In this document: in pieces, positions 7,506 to 17,315 of the stretch | Layout of the letters: each line of letters starts with the position of its first letter | Numbering within the stretch: position 1 is the stretch's first letter | Source: a virus | Lineage: Duplodnaviria; Caudoviricetes | DNA: 34,447 bases | IMG/VR virus record: IMGVR_UViG_3300019937_000005 | Span: 1 to 34,447 of that record | Direction: 5' to 3' (one strand) | Made by a program: the position numbers and the translations under genes | The notes under the pieces: model-generated | What the model saw: the letters and a program-made list of their open reading frames with translations, nothing else | Database searches by the model: none | What the model was told of the DNA's origin: nothing

Positions 7506-9007
7506 TAGTTGAACAAGCCTCCGTCAATCGTGGTTGATGTCGCTGCAGCGGATCCGCCAGTGGCGAAGTTTCCTCCATCCACAATAACTACGGCATCAAC
7601 CCAAGCCACCACGCCTGATGCACCACCACTAGATAAAAGCTGCCCGCTGGTGCCATAATTTGCACCGGCAATGCCAATCTGCCCAGCGGGGCCAACTCTT
7701 ATACGCTCAACGCCTTCAGTCGTAACTTTGAAATGTCCATCTGACCCTGTATCAACAACTTCCGCTTCGGTGTTGCCTTCTGTAATTTTATCGCCAGCAC
7801 CGGCAGACCCAGAGGCCGCGGCGGTAATTCTGCCTTGCGCATCAACCGTAATGTCGGCGGCTGTATAGCTTCCGGCAATCACAGACGTGTCAGCAAGCTT
7901 TGCAGCCGTGACTGCATCATCAGCAATTTCAGCGGTGCTAATTGTTCCAGAGGCCGCGGCCGTAATCCGGCCTTGGGCGTCAATCGTAATGTCTGCAGCG
8001 GTATAGCTTCCGGCCGTAACTGCAGTGTTATCAAGGCTGACGCTAATCGTGCCACTGCTAGTAATTGGGCCGCCTGTCGCGGTCAAACCTGTGCCGCCAC
8101 TGACATCAACACTGGTAACAGTGCCTCCCGTGCCTGTAGCGCTGATTTCAATGCTGCCGCTGCCATTGGTGATTGTGACACCAGAGCCAGCGGTAAGGGT
8201 CGCTTTGCTAAGCGTGTTTCCGGTGGTGTTGCCAATTAACAATTGGCCATCGGTGTAACTGGTTTGGCCTGTGCCGCCATAAGCAACCTCGATCGCCGTG
8301 CCATTCCAAGTGCCGGTTGCAATTGTGCCAACGCTGGTCAGGCTTGATCCGGTAACACCGCTTCCCAGCGTGGTGGCGTTTAGAACTGATGCGCCGGCAA
8401 TGTAAAACTCTTTGCCGCTGGCAAGATCAATGTGCTCGCTAAAAGTCCAAGCGTCAGTCGCATCGACCCAGTTAATGGTTTTGTCGGTGGTGCCTTTTAG
8501 CGTGATGCCGCCGCCATCAGCCGTGATATCAGTTGGTGTCGTGACCGACCCCATCTCAATGTTTTTGTCTTCAACAACCAGCGTTTGCGTGTCAATGGTT
8601 GTTGTGGTGCCATTGACTGTTAGATCACCTTCAATGGTTACGTTGCCGTCGAACGTTGCAGCACCAGTAACGTCAAGCGTTCCCGGAATGTCGATATTGC
8701 TGGCCCATTCCACGCCCGTGCCAGCTGCATCAGTTTGCAGTAGTTGACGCGCGTCACCATCAGCCAGCTTGCTGACCGCAATCTCAGCGGCTGCATCAAT
8801 ATCAGCATTGACCAGCGGATACGCGCTGATTTTGGTTCCGTCGATATAAGCAAGCGAAGTCCAAGCGGTCGAGCCGTCGCCTACTTTCCAATAGCCAGTA
8901 TCTGTCTCATAACCAAGCTCGCCGTTAAGCAACGTTGGATCGTTTGCGGTCCAGTTTGCAGCGGTGTCGCGCCGCTGCTGCATCAGAGAGGTAACGGTGA
9001 TGCTCAT
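7505..9007 (-). CDS. Tail fibre protein with Mtd_N-like N-terminus
   Basis: QQRRDTAANWTANDPTLLNGELGYETDT; G/T-rich shaft; YGGTG motif. Confidence 0.85.
   Translation of the reverse strand: MSITVTSLMQQRRDTAANWTANDPTLLNGELGYETDTGYWKVGDGSTAWTSLAYIDGTKISAYPLVNADIDAAAEIAVSKLADGDARQLLQTDAAGTGVEWASNIDIPGTLDVTGAATFDGNVTIEGDLTVNGTTTTIDTQTLVVEDKNIEMGSVTTPTDITADGGGITLKGTTDKTINWVDATDAWTFSEHIDLASGKEFYIAGASVLNATTLGSGVTGSSLTSVGTIATGTWNGTAIEVAYGGTGQTSYTDGQLLIGNTTGNTLSKATLTAGSGVTITNGSGSIEISATGTGGTVTSVDVSGGTGLTATGGPITSSGTISVSLDNTAVTAGSYTAADITIDAQGRITAAASGTISTAEIADDAVTAAKLADTSVIAGSYTAADITVDAQGRITAAASGSAGAGDKITEGNTEAEVVDTGSDGHFKVTTEGVERIRVGPAGQIGIAGANYGTSGQLLSSGGASGVVAWVDAVVIVDGGNFATGGSAAATSTTIDGGLFN
7809..8015 (-). 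repeat. Intragenic duplication, 138-nt period
   Basis: AGSYTAADIT(I/V)DAQGRITAAASG occurs twice; ccagaggccgcggc at 7809 and 7947. Confidence 0.85.
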
Positions 9008-9501
9008 GATGCTCCGGGATCAATTAAATACGTGCGGGCTGGTGTTGCTGATGCCGTAAGTGCATCGTAAATGTAGTCAACAGGGGTTGCAGGATCAGAC
9101 CCAGGGCCGGTCGAATCCAAGTCACCTTGCAAAATTCCATAACTAGTCAACTCAACGTCAACACCCCAACGGCCAACAATGCCATCTGTGATGCTTGGGG
9201 TTGACGCATAACGCCAAGCCGTGTCACCAAGGCTCGCAACAGGGATGGTGCTGTATCCGCTCCAAACGTCAGTCGGCAAAAAGAAAATATCAAACGTGCC
9301 TTGGCGGTCAATAAAATGCGCCTTAATTAAATTGAGTTGCGTTTCCGTGAGATTATTAAAACTTAATGACAAACTTTGATTTATGGTTCTGTTGCCACGC
9401 CTGAATCCCGTCCGAACCCCTGATAACGTTGTTTGCGTTGACTCAGGGATGCCGCCAGGCGTATAAGATCGCGCAGATGGTGTTAGCGCTGGAAACGTCA
9501 T
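9004..9501 (-). CDS. Minor tail protein (distal tail-like) with C-terminal extension
   Basis: Position in the tail-tip module; paralogous to 9504-9875 (FP.L.P..R...G; L.E.....I..H....QG; WRYA). Confidence 0.7.
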   Translation of the reverse strand: MTFPALTPSARSYTPGGIPESTQTTLSGVRTGFRRGNRTINQSLSLSFNNLTETQLNLIKAHFIDRQGTFDIFFLPTDVWSGYSTIPVASLGDTAWRYASTPSITDGIVGRWGVDVELTSYGILQGDLDSTGPGSDPATPVDYIYDALTASATPARTYLIDPGAS

Positions 9502-9503
9502 GC

Positions 9504-9875
9504 CTAGATCGCCACTGATTCCAGCTCGATGCTGACATTGTATCGAAGTGGAGCGGCAGTGCCAATTTCAAAGGTATCGGCATATCGCCATTCGTAATCT
9601 GCAGCGGGAATCGGCACGGTTGCAAAACCAGCCCAAACCAAAGAAGGCAAACTGAAAGCAATAATTGAACCCTGCTGCCCTCGGTAATGATCAATAATTT
9701 GTTGCGCTTCTGATTCCGTAAGATATTCATATCCAAGCGTCAACCGTTGCACTACTCGATCAGTGCCGGTGATAAACCGCACTATGTCACCGCTCACGCC
9801 CTCATAGGTCAACTGTGGGTAATCGCCAAGCGTAAGCACGCGGGTCGTTGGTTCTAGGGAAGGAAATGCAGCCAT
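9504..9875 (-). CDS. Minor tail protein (distal tail-like)
   Basis: Paralogue of 9004-9501; coupled to the upstream stop. Confidence 0.7.
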   Translation of the reverse strand: MAAFPSLEPTTRVLTLGDYPQLTYEGVSGDIVRFITGTDRVVQRLTLGYEYLTESEAQQIIDHYRGQQGSIIAFSLPSLVWAGFATVPIPAADYEWRYADTFEIGTAAPLRYNVSIELESVAI

Positions 9876-11826
9876 CAGACGATCACATAGGTTCCATTCA
9901 GCACATCATCGCTAATCTCAGCAACATTGCTGCCATTGACCGGAAAATGCACAGCTTCGATGGTAGAAATGCCAGCGCTTGAATGGTTGATTTTGTTGAC
10001 TTGATACCACTCCGTTTCAGTGCGGTTATCACCAGCGCTTGAAATGCGTTGCCGTTGTATCTTTATCACGTCAGTTGGCGCCAAACCTGTTGTAAGCAAT
10101 GGCGTTTGGAAAGAAATTGAATGCGTCGAATTTTTGCGTCTTGCTAGCTCATGCTTGGCAAAAATTATCGCATGATCTCTAATGGCGCAAAATTCTGTTA
10201 GATCAAATTGCTCAATAGGAGCATCAGCGTCTGTAGTGGAAAAACGAACTTTGACAGTGCGCTCAATGCCGATTGTCTTATTGTCAGCTTCACGATAGGC
10301 AACACTTGCGACAAAATCACGTCGCTCATCTCCGTCTAAATAGTCTTTCTTGAATGAGCCAGGAAGAATGTCGGCCTCTGTAAAAGTCGAAGTAGGGCTA
10401 AGCGCAGTCGTATCAATTTGGTTGCTGCCATTCAAAGGCAGTAAGGATCGAAACTGATACTGCCCGCCAAGACTGACAAAAGAAAGCAAGAAACATGGCG
10501 CAAGGGAAACAAGATAATCAACAATGTTGACGCGACTAGAAATAATGCCGTTGAATAAAATATCATAATTGGTGCAAAAACCTGCAATGGCTTGCATGTT
10601 GCTTGTGTTCATTGGGGCTGCAATGCTTGCCGTGTTGGCCCCATCGACACGTTTTAATAATTTAAACAAGTGCATTGCCAGATCAACCAACTGATTGCTA
10701 GCTCCAACGGTGTAACTGCCACCTGACAAGCCAGCGCTGTATAAATCAACCTCAATCCCTTCGTCATAAAAGATATAAGCTTGTTTTGCTTCGTCAGTAA
10801 ATGATCCTGATTCTGGCAAGCCGTATAAATTGCCAACAACTTTCAAAAAAGTGATGTCTGCATAATTTGTAAAATCAGTAATTGTTGAGGTGTCAGGGTT
10901 GGCGTAAATGCTTGCCACCACCTCTCGTTGAATTCCAGTCAATGCGTATGGTGAATCAGCCGGATCTCCTGTATTTGTTTGAGGATTGACAGAAGCAACA
11001 GTCCATTCAGTTGTAAAACTGCCAGATCCATCACCAATTGCATTAAAAGCGGTTGTTGGCGCAAAATAACCAAGTGATGCAATGTAATCAACAATGCTGT
11101 CAACCTGTTGCGGCTGGCTTGATAAGTCAGTGTTGAAAATAAATTGTGTGCCTGGGGTTATGCTTAATGCGTTTTCGTATGCAGTTGTTACGTCGTTGCC
11201 AGTGCTGTTGTCAAAAACTTTAAAGCTGCAAAGATAGGTCGAATTGTCTGTGTCCCCTGTGCCTTTCGTAATCTGCCTGTAACCAAAATAGTAATCTCTA
11301 CGCGCAGCAGCTCTTACTCTTGTTTTTTGGCCGGCCGACGTGCCATCAATCAATGGCTCCAAAAAGGTAAAAGTATCAATTCCGCAATAAAGGCCATCGC
11401 CTGCAATTGGGCAAACTGGGGTTGCCGTAAGTTCCGCGCTTGTTTTGTAAACATGGCTCAACGTCATTGATGAACCAAGTTTTAGTTGCTGATTGCTCAA
11501 CCCCGACCATAAATTGATGGGATCTGGCGTGCTTGATATTTTTCCTTGACTGATTGAAAACAAAACGAAGGAACAAAATCTTTCGAGCCGCTTTTGAGCA
11601 GTGGAGGTGCAACCCAAACTCCACCTTTATTGCTTGCTCTTTTCGCAAAAACAATTGGAACCGTTTCACCAGCCTGCGCAATTTTTTGATTTTTTGCTAG
11701 ATCTCCACTAGGCGCCTTGTTGTTTTCTGGTGCTCGTTCCTGACTTGCTTTTGATTGTCGCGCACCAGTCTTAGGTTGCGGAGTGGCGCCAATATAAATG
11801 CCCCCTGATCCTGCTACAGCGGTCAT
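9875..11826 (-). CDS. Tail tip/hub protein (gpJ-like) split by a 1-nt frame break near 11562-11565
   Basis: N-terminal GETVPIVFAKR motif in ORF 11497-11826 and remainder in ORF 9875-11617. One extra T restores a 650-aa ORF. Confidence 0.75.
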
Positions 11827-12326
11827 GGTACGTCAAACCTCCCAATTAGATCAGTGTCAATCACGCGGAATGGTACTTGTGCCTTAATCCTATTGATCGC
11901 CGGATTGACTGTCCAGCCTACAGACTCGTCACTTACCGATGCGCCCACAATGCTGCCGAAATATCGGCTAATTAATTGCGCGCTTGACGCATCAAAGCTG
12001 CTGGCGCCAACGTTTTGTATATAAAGCGATGCAATCAATAGATTGTCTGCCGCCATTGCCGCGTCTGTAATGTCAATAATCTGACCAGTTGCTGCAATGG
12101 TCACGGTCAGATCGTTAATTTCCCCACCTTCACTCGAACCAAACCCATCAACATCAAACGACAAAAATGGATAAGTGCCTGTGGACTCTGAATCAACGCT
12201 AAGCGTTTGCGGGTCTTGATAAAAATTTTGCCATTGATTTGTGGCAGATCGGTTTCCCGATCCGTCTAAAACGCTAGTGCGATCAGCGTAATACTCAAGA
12301 AAACAAAGAATGTCGTAGTTAGCCAT
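11823..12326 (-). CDS. Minor tail protein (gpL/hub-like)
   Basis: Directly after tape measure (TGATG overlap). Confidence 0.65.
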   Translation of the reverse strand: MANYDILCFLEYYADRTSVLDGSGNRSATNQWQNFYQDPQTLSVDSESTGTYPFLSFDVDGFGSSEGGEINDLTVTIAATGQIIDITDAAMAADNLLIASLYIQNVGASSFDASSAQLISRYFGSIVGASVSDESVGWTVNPAINRIKAQVPFRVIDTDLIGRFDVP

Positions 12327-14161
12327 CAAATCATGCCCAACCTTGCACGAACGCTGCTATCCCGACGAATCATGTCTAAGGTTTGATTCACGCCAGACTG
12401 TACCGCACGCGACAGATCTTGTGTTGTCACAAAGTTTGTGCCGTTCATCTGCGTTACAGGGCCAGTCTGAATGTTGACGTTTGCTCCAGCTGGGGCAACG
12501 TATCCGCCTTCGGCAAAACGCGGTATAGCACCAGGGCCGCGCACGCCCGCCATGATGTTTGCTGCAAAAGCCTGCGCCTTTCTTGCCGGCACGATGTATT
12601 CCGGCCCGGCCTCACCGACGAGGCCAAGAGTTGGGCCAGTAACCATGCCACCTTCAGCAAATTGGGGCACTTGAACATTTGGAATTGTTGGAATTGCAGG
12701 CAACCCAACCTTTGAAGATGCAGCGTTTGCCGCACTGATCACATTGTTGATCGCATTCACAACGCCATTGATTGCGTTTCCAATACCTTGCAGCACATTA
12801 TTAACGATGCCTTTCAGCATATTAAAAGCAGCCTCAAATGGAGCTTTAATGGCGTCGCCAACCTTGCCAAAAATATCAACAAAACTTTCATAAAAACCTC
12901 GCGCGGTTTCTAGCGCCGGATCGATAAAGGTGCCTTTGTAGAACTCCCACAAGCCTGTAAAGATACCAGTAACAAAATCATAAATGCCTTGCCAATTTTC
13001 TTGAAAAAATTCATAGATCATTTTGCCGGCATTCACGATTGGATCAATATAGACTGATTTGTAAAGTTCCCAAGCGCCCTTAATAATGTCGCCAATAAAA
13101 CCAAACGCTTCAGCAATTTGATCTCTAAACGTATAAATGGCCACGCCTGCGGCAACTGCCAATGCAATCCAACCAACAGGGCCACTAAACACTGCGGCGA
13201 TAGCTCCCAATGCACCACCGCCACCTGTTAATGCTGTCACGATGCCGCCAATACCTGTCACAAGGCCAGTGATCAACGGGCCAAGCGTTGTGATTGCACT
13301 AATAATTGGCGCAAACACCACCGCAACTGCTGCAATACCACCAGCGGCCACAATGAAATTTTGCACTGGCCCTGGCAACGCATCAAACGCTTTCATCAAC
13401 CCTTCAAGCGCACCAACAACGCCTTCAAGCACTGGTAACAATGCTTCAGTCAATCGCATTCCAAGATCACCAAATTTTTCTTGCATATTTTCCAACCGAT
13501 CGTTAAAAGCTGCAGCACCATCTGCAAAATCTTGAGTCAGGCTAGTGCTCATGTTGCGCACTGCATCTCCGCCACTATTGAGCAAGGGAATCAGTTCGTC
13601 GCCAATTTTGGCGCCAAAAATATCAGCAGCCAGTGCGGCTTTCTCAGGACCATCGGCCATTTGTTGGAATTTGTCGGCAATGTCCAGCATCACCTGATCG
13701 CCTTCACGTAATTTGCCGCTTGAATCCGTAACTGCAATCCCTAATTTTTCAAAAGCCTCAGCTGCTGGGCCTGTGCCCTTTGTTGATGCGTCATACATAT
13801 TGCTCGCCAACGTCTTAAATCCTTTTCCAAGACCTTCAATGCTGGTGTCGCTAAGCTCTGCAACCTTGCGAAACTTGTCAAGCTCAGGCGCGGCAATGCC
13901 AGTGCGCTGGCTCATTTTTGACATCGCATCAGCAGTATCTAAATTATCCTTTGCAAACTTGGCCATCACGCCAACGCCAATCACTGGCAGCAATGTACGC
14001 ATTGCGCCAAGCGCGCCACCTGCTGCCGTCTTTAGGCGGCCCATTGCGCCAGCGGCTTTGTTGGTCTGGCCTTCAACCTTCTTTAGGCCATTAGTTAAAC
14101 CACCAATCTGCCCTTGCCCGACCACCTGCGCCTTAATGGTCAACGCTGTGGTCAAGTCCAT
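12326..14161 (-). CDS. Tape measure protein
   Basis: 611 aa, Ala/Gly-rich, periodic aromatic residues, C-terminal FAEGG.V..PTLGLVGEAGPEYIVP; follows the chaperones. Confidence 0.92.
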   Translation of the reverse strand: MDLTTALTIKAQVVGQGQIGGLTNGLKKVEGQTNKAAGAMGRLKTAAGGALGAMRTLLPVIGVGVMAKFAKDNLDTADAMSKMSQRTGIAAPELDKFRKVAELSDTSIEGLGKGFKTLASNMYDASTKGTGPAAEAFEKLGIAVTDSSGKLREGDQVMLDIADKFQQMADGPEKAALAADIFGAKIGDELIPLLNSGGDAVRNMSTSLTQDFADGAAAFNDRLENMQEKFGDLGMRLTEALLPVLEGVVGALEGLMKAFDALPGPVQNFIVAAGGIAAVAVVFAPIISAITTLGPLITGLVTGIGGIVTALTGGGGALGAIAAVFSGPVGWIALAVAAGVAIYTFRDQIAEAFGFIGDIIKGAWELYKSVYIDPIVNAGKMIYEFFQENWQGIYDFVTGIFTGLWEFYKGTFIDPALETARGFYESFVDIFGKVGDAIKAPFEAAFNMLKGIVNNVLQGIGNAINGVVNAINNVISAANAASSKVGLPAIPTIPNVQVPQFAEGGMVTGPTLGLVGEAGPEYIVPARKAQAFAANIMAGVRGPGAIPRFAEGGYVAPAGANVNIQTGPVTQMNGTNFVTTQDLSRAVQSGVNQTLDMIRRDSSVRARLGMI

Positions 14162-14163
14162 GG

Positions 14164-14487
14164 TTACTTCTTCCGATCGTTCATGATCTCTATTACTTTA
14201 CCTTCAATAACCTGCAAGTCACCCAACAACTGGCGTTGGTCCGCTACGTCGTAAAGGTCAAACATCCATTTCACAGCTACATAATCCAAGCCAATGACAG
14301 CGCCGTTGCTCATGCGCCATTGCGTTTGCACACGTTGAAACATGCAAACGGCACGCCATGCTGATGGGATTACATAGAAGTCTTTTACCCGTGGCGCATC
14401 AGGCATTTCAATGCCAAACAACTTGGCATCATCCCCTGTTTCGTCAATTTCAACGCCGCCGCACCAATACTCGGCGGCGCCTATCAG
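14164..14487 (-). CDS. Tail assembly chaperone gpT-like part (DUF1799-like), reached by -1 frameshift
   Basis: F..VQTQWR....VIGLDY motif; frame open back to the slippery site; predicted fusion 229 aa. Confidence 0.85.
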   Translation of the reverse strand: MIGAAEYWCGGVEIDETGDDAKLFGIEMPDAPRVKDFYVIPSAWRAVCMFQRVQTQWRMSNGAVIGLDYVAVKWMFDLYDVADQRQLLGDLQVIEGKVIEIMNDRKK

Positions 14488-14493
14488 TTTTTT
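14454..14493 (-). other. Programmed -1 frameshift signal of tail chaperone (G/GT type)
   Basis: A_AAA_AAC (14493-14487) before TGA, 7-nt spacer, 8-bp stem CGCCGCCG/CGGCGGCG with 10-nt loop. Confidence 0.9.
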
Positions 14494-14852
14494 CGTTTTT
14501 CCTCCACCAAGCTGGTGAAATAGGCCTCAATCAAGCAACCGGCCATCATTGGCAGCTCCAACAGCTGCGTCTTTGTGCCTTTGCTGTATGGGATCACTTC
14601 TCCATCGCTGTCCACGATGCCTTCCCATCCGACCAGCACCTCGTCAGCAATGCTTACGTCGCTGATATCCATTGCGCTGGGGTCATTGTTGACCCTCTTT
14701 TGCGCAAGCTCCTGAATTTCAGTGATGCGAGATTGAGGCAGACGCTTAAACTCTGCCTCAAACTCTTGCTTTTCGCGCCGGCCCCCGGAAACTGGCTGCC
14801 GGTAAACGATCGGCCAGGTGTAGGAGTCAGAGTCCTTAAGGACAAGCGCCAT
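14484..14852 (-). CDS. Tail assembly chaperone (gpG-like)
   Basis: Between major tail and tape measure; LVGWEGIVD motif; ends EKRKN. Confidence 0.85.
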   Translation of the reverse strand: MALVLKDSDSYTWPIVYRQPVSGGRREKQEFEAEFKRLPQSRITEIQELAQKRVNNDPSAMDISDVSIADEVLVGWEGIVDSDGEVIPYSKGTKTQLLELPMMAGCLIEAYFTSLVEEKRKN

Positions 14853-15790
14853 TAGGTGAATGCAAGGCTGAACTCATCATTGCCTGAACTGGTCGGAGTT
14901 GCAATATATGGCAGCGTCAGCATTTGGATTCCGTCTTGGTCGGTGTAGCTTGGGCCGCCAAGGTCAATCTGACTTGCGTTAAAGGTCACGATGTTGCCGC
15001 CGGTTGCACCATGCACAAATTGAAGGTTTCCGGTGCTGCCGCCTGTCGCATCACTAAAGAAGTCATGCGTTGCGATGGTGGTTGCTTCAACCAAACACTC
15101 ACCGGAAGGGGCGCGGTTGACGACTTCAATGGATTTGGTGCCGCCGACCAACTCGCGGTAAATGACTTCATTGGCGACTTCAAAGCTCAGCGATTGCAGC
15201 GCACCTGCGTAGCTAAACACTTGGAAGCTTGATGTGTTGCCGTTTTTGAATACCAGTGGCGCGGCTTGGTTGCTGTAGGTCGGGCCGCTAATGGCTGAAT
15301 CGCTAGGTGCGTTATAGATCCCGGTCATCTCAAATGCGATAAACGGGATCTGACCCACTTCACAGTTCAACGTGAAGGTGCCGCGGCAACCAGTTGCTTT
15401 ATGCAGCACACCGTCATTGTTGAAATAGATGGTGACAGACGAAGGCGCGGCGTCACTGTTGGGCGCATAAGTGACGCTGGTGGATGCAACAATCGTTTCA
15501 GTACAACGACATGCTTCTAGCAAGGGACCATAAGCTGGCGCAGTGCCTGCAGTGCCTGAACCTGCAAGCTCAACCTCAAAATTGATCAGCACGCGCTGCT
15601 GTGCCAGCAACTGATCAGATTGGCCGAGAAAAGGCCGGATCAGCTCACGGTTGACAGTCTCAGTCTCTAGAGGTGTGACCTCAACATTCCGCACCAGGAT
15701 TGCGTTGCTTGACTCGCTAGGAGTCGGATCGGTGCTGTATGTCGTTTCTGTCTCGGCCAGTATTAGGCGCTTGCGAGATAGGAGAGGCAT
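14852..15790 (-). CDS. Major tail tube protein
   Basis: 312 aa; synteny; ETETTY..DP, FEVELAGSG.AG.AP.YG.LL.AC and GCRGTF motifs. Confidence 0.88.
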   Translation of the reverse strand: MPLLSRKRLILAETETTYSTDPTPSESSNAILVRNVEVTPLETETVNRELIRPFLGQSDQLLAQQRVLINFEVELAGSGTAGTAPAYGPLLEACRCTETIVASTSVTYAPNSDAAPSSVTIYFNNDGVLHKATGCRGTFTLNCEVGQIPFIAFEMTGIYNAPSDSAISGPTYSNQAAPLVFKNGNTSSFQVFSYAGALQSLSFEVANEVIYRELVGGTKSIEVVNRAPSGECLVEATTIATHDFFSDATGGSTGNLQFVHGATGGNIVTFNASQIDLGGPSYTDQDGIQMLTLPYIATPTSSGNDEFSLAFT

Positions 15791-15832
15791 GGCTAGGCCT
15801 AAATCTCAGTCGTTGCCTTTATCGTAGCGGCC

Positions 15833-16261
15833 TCAACCTGCACTCAAATCTGTCAATGTTGTGCGGTATCTAATCAGATACTCCATGCTGATAACGCCAG
15901 CAGGTTGATCAGCTTCAACCATTTCAAAACCGACAGATCGCGGTTCAACATCCAACGCATAGCCGCCAGCCGTTAAATCATTCATCATTTTGCTGTGAAC
16001 GCTTTCCACAATCGGATCAGCTGCCTGATCTGGCACCGATGACCGCACGATGATTGCGACTCTGACAGTCAGCGACCAGTCAAGACGGTCAAGCCGCAAA
16101 CTGTATTCCGCACTGTCCCCCGTGGGCTCAATCACAATGGCCGGCGACTCACCGCGGGCCAATGGCTCCACCCGGCTGCGATAAATTCGGCTGCCAACTT
16201 GCACCGTGCCAGCAAGGCTGCTGGCAATATCAGCCAGGATCGATTCGCGTTTGGTGGTCAC
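15833..16261 (-). CDS. Tail terminator/completion protein
   Basis: Directly upstream of major tail; RE.I....A..L...RIYRSR pattern. Confidence 0.75.
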   Translation of the reverse strand: MTTKRESILADIASSLAGTVQVGSRIYRSRVEPLARGESPAIVIEPTGDSAEYSLRLDRLDWSLTVRVAIIVRSSVPDQAADPIVESVHSKMMNDLTAGGYALDVEPRSVGFEMVEADQPAGVISMEYLIRYRTTLTDLSAG

Positions 16262-16875
16262 AGAACAACCCCCGGACCCATCACTACAAGCGCGCCGGTA
16301 TTTGTGTTGCCGCGAGTGACGCGAGCAATAGGCTGCTTATTAGTCGGCGCGGTCGTAGTGAAACCGCCGCCTTCGGCTACATACAAAGCAGAGTTGATTG
16401 CATAGCCATTGGTGTCAACTGACGTCATTTCGCCCGTCACTACTAAATGACCATCAGCATTGTCTGCTAGGTCGTCGCCAATCAAGCCAATCGCCGGCAT
16501 TTTTGACAGATCTGACGCATCTGCAGTATCAACGATTACGTTGGCCGTATCGCCAACGTTGCCAGTGATGTAGACCGGAGTTCCTTTGGTTAATGTGCCG
16601 CCGCTGCCATTTCGGCAATGGATGTAGATCGGACCCGCTAGCGCGCCGTGGATATGAGGCAGTGTCGAAAGACCAGTGGCTGCAAGGGTCGTAAATGTTG
16701 GGTTGTCGTATCCCTGCACATACAGCAATGCGTTCCACGCTGTAGCGCCATCTCCTAACTTGAGCTTGCGAGTGTCTGTCTCAAAGCCGACTTCGCCAAC
16801 AAGCAAAATAGGATTTTCCGCTGTCCAGTTGGCGGCAGTGTCACGCCGCAGCTGAATTCTGGCAATGCTGCTCAT
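16258..16875 (-). CDS. Mtd_N-like short fibre/decoration protein in neck module
   Basis: IQLRRDTAANWTAENPILLVGEVGFETDT; C-terminal KGTPVYITG...MPAIG domain. Confidence 0.75.
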   Translation of the reverse strand: MSSIARIQLRRDTAANWTAENPILLVGEVGFETDTRKLKLGDGATAWNALLYVQGYDNPTFTTLAATGLSTLPHIHGALAGPIYIHCRNGSGGTLTKGTPVYITGNVGDTANVIVDTADASDLSKMPAIGLIGDDLADNADGHLVVTGEMTSVDTNGYAINSALYVAEGGGFTTTAPTNKQPIARVTRGNTNTGALVVMGPGVVL

Positions 16876-17315
16876 GCCGCTCCACCATTAATAGTGTTCC
16901 CCTCAAGGTAGCTAGTGGCGGCGATGCCACCGTCTAACCCAGAATCCAGCTGAGCAATACCCAAGCTGTCAACAGAATCATCGCTGTCGCCAGCATCGAT
17001 CGGGGTGTCAACTTCACTTACGCTAGTGGCAACACTTCGCTGCAAAGCAAGCTCAACAATCTTGCCGTCGCCCACCAGTACCGCTTCCCGTACCGTGTAA
17101 GGCACGCCATTAACATTGATTTCTGATCCGTAGACTAAATTACCAAAATCTGATGCCTTAGCTGTCAACGAATAATCAGTGGACAGCACAGCACCGCCAG
17201 CCACCATCTGCGTTGGCATATCCAAAATGCCTTTGCCAGTGACAGAGCCAGCAGTGCAATCAACTGCGAACTCATCGCCGTTAAAAAAAACGTCGAGATT
17301 CTCAGTCAGTGGCAT
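16872..17315 (-). CDS. Head-tail joining protein (gpFII-like) with acidic C-terminal extension
   Basis: GILDMP...STDYSLT...INVNGVPYTVRE....DG; tail contains IDAG, LDGG and INGG motifs. Confidence 0.75.
   Translation of the reverse strand: MPLTENLDVFFNGDEFAVDCTAGSVTGKGILDMPTQMVAGGAVLSTDYSLTAKASDFGNLVYGSEINVNGVPYTVREAVLVGDGKIVELALQRSVATSVSEVDTPIDAGDSDDSVDSLGIAQLDSGLDGGIAATSYLEGNTINGGAA

Noticed and set aside
4183-9007. Diversity-generating retroelement suggested by Mtd_N-like domains
   Set aside because: No reverse transcriptase and no adenine-mismatched TR/VR pair seen; the 138-nt-period repeat is an intragenic structural duplication.
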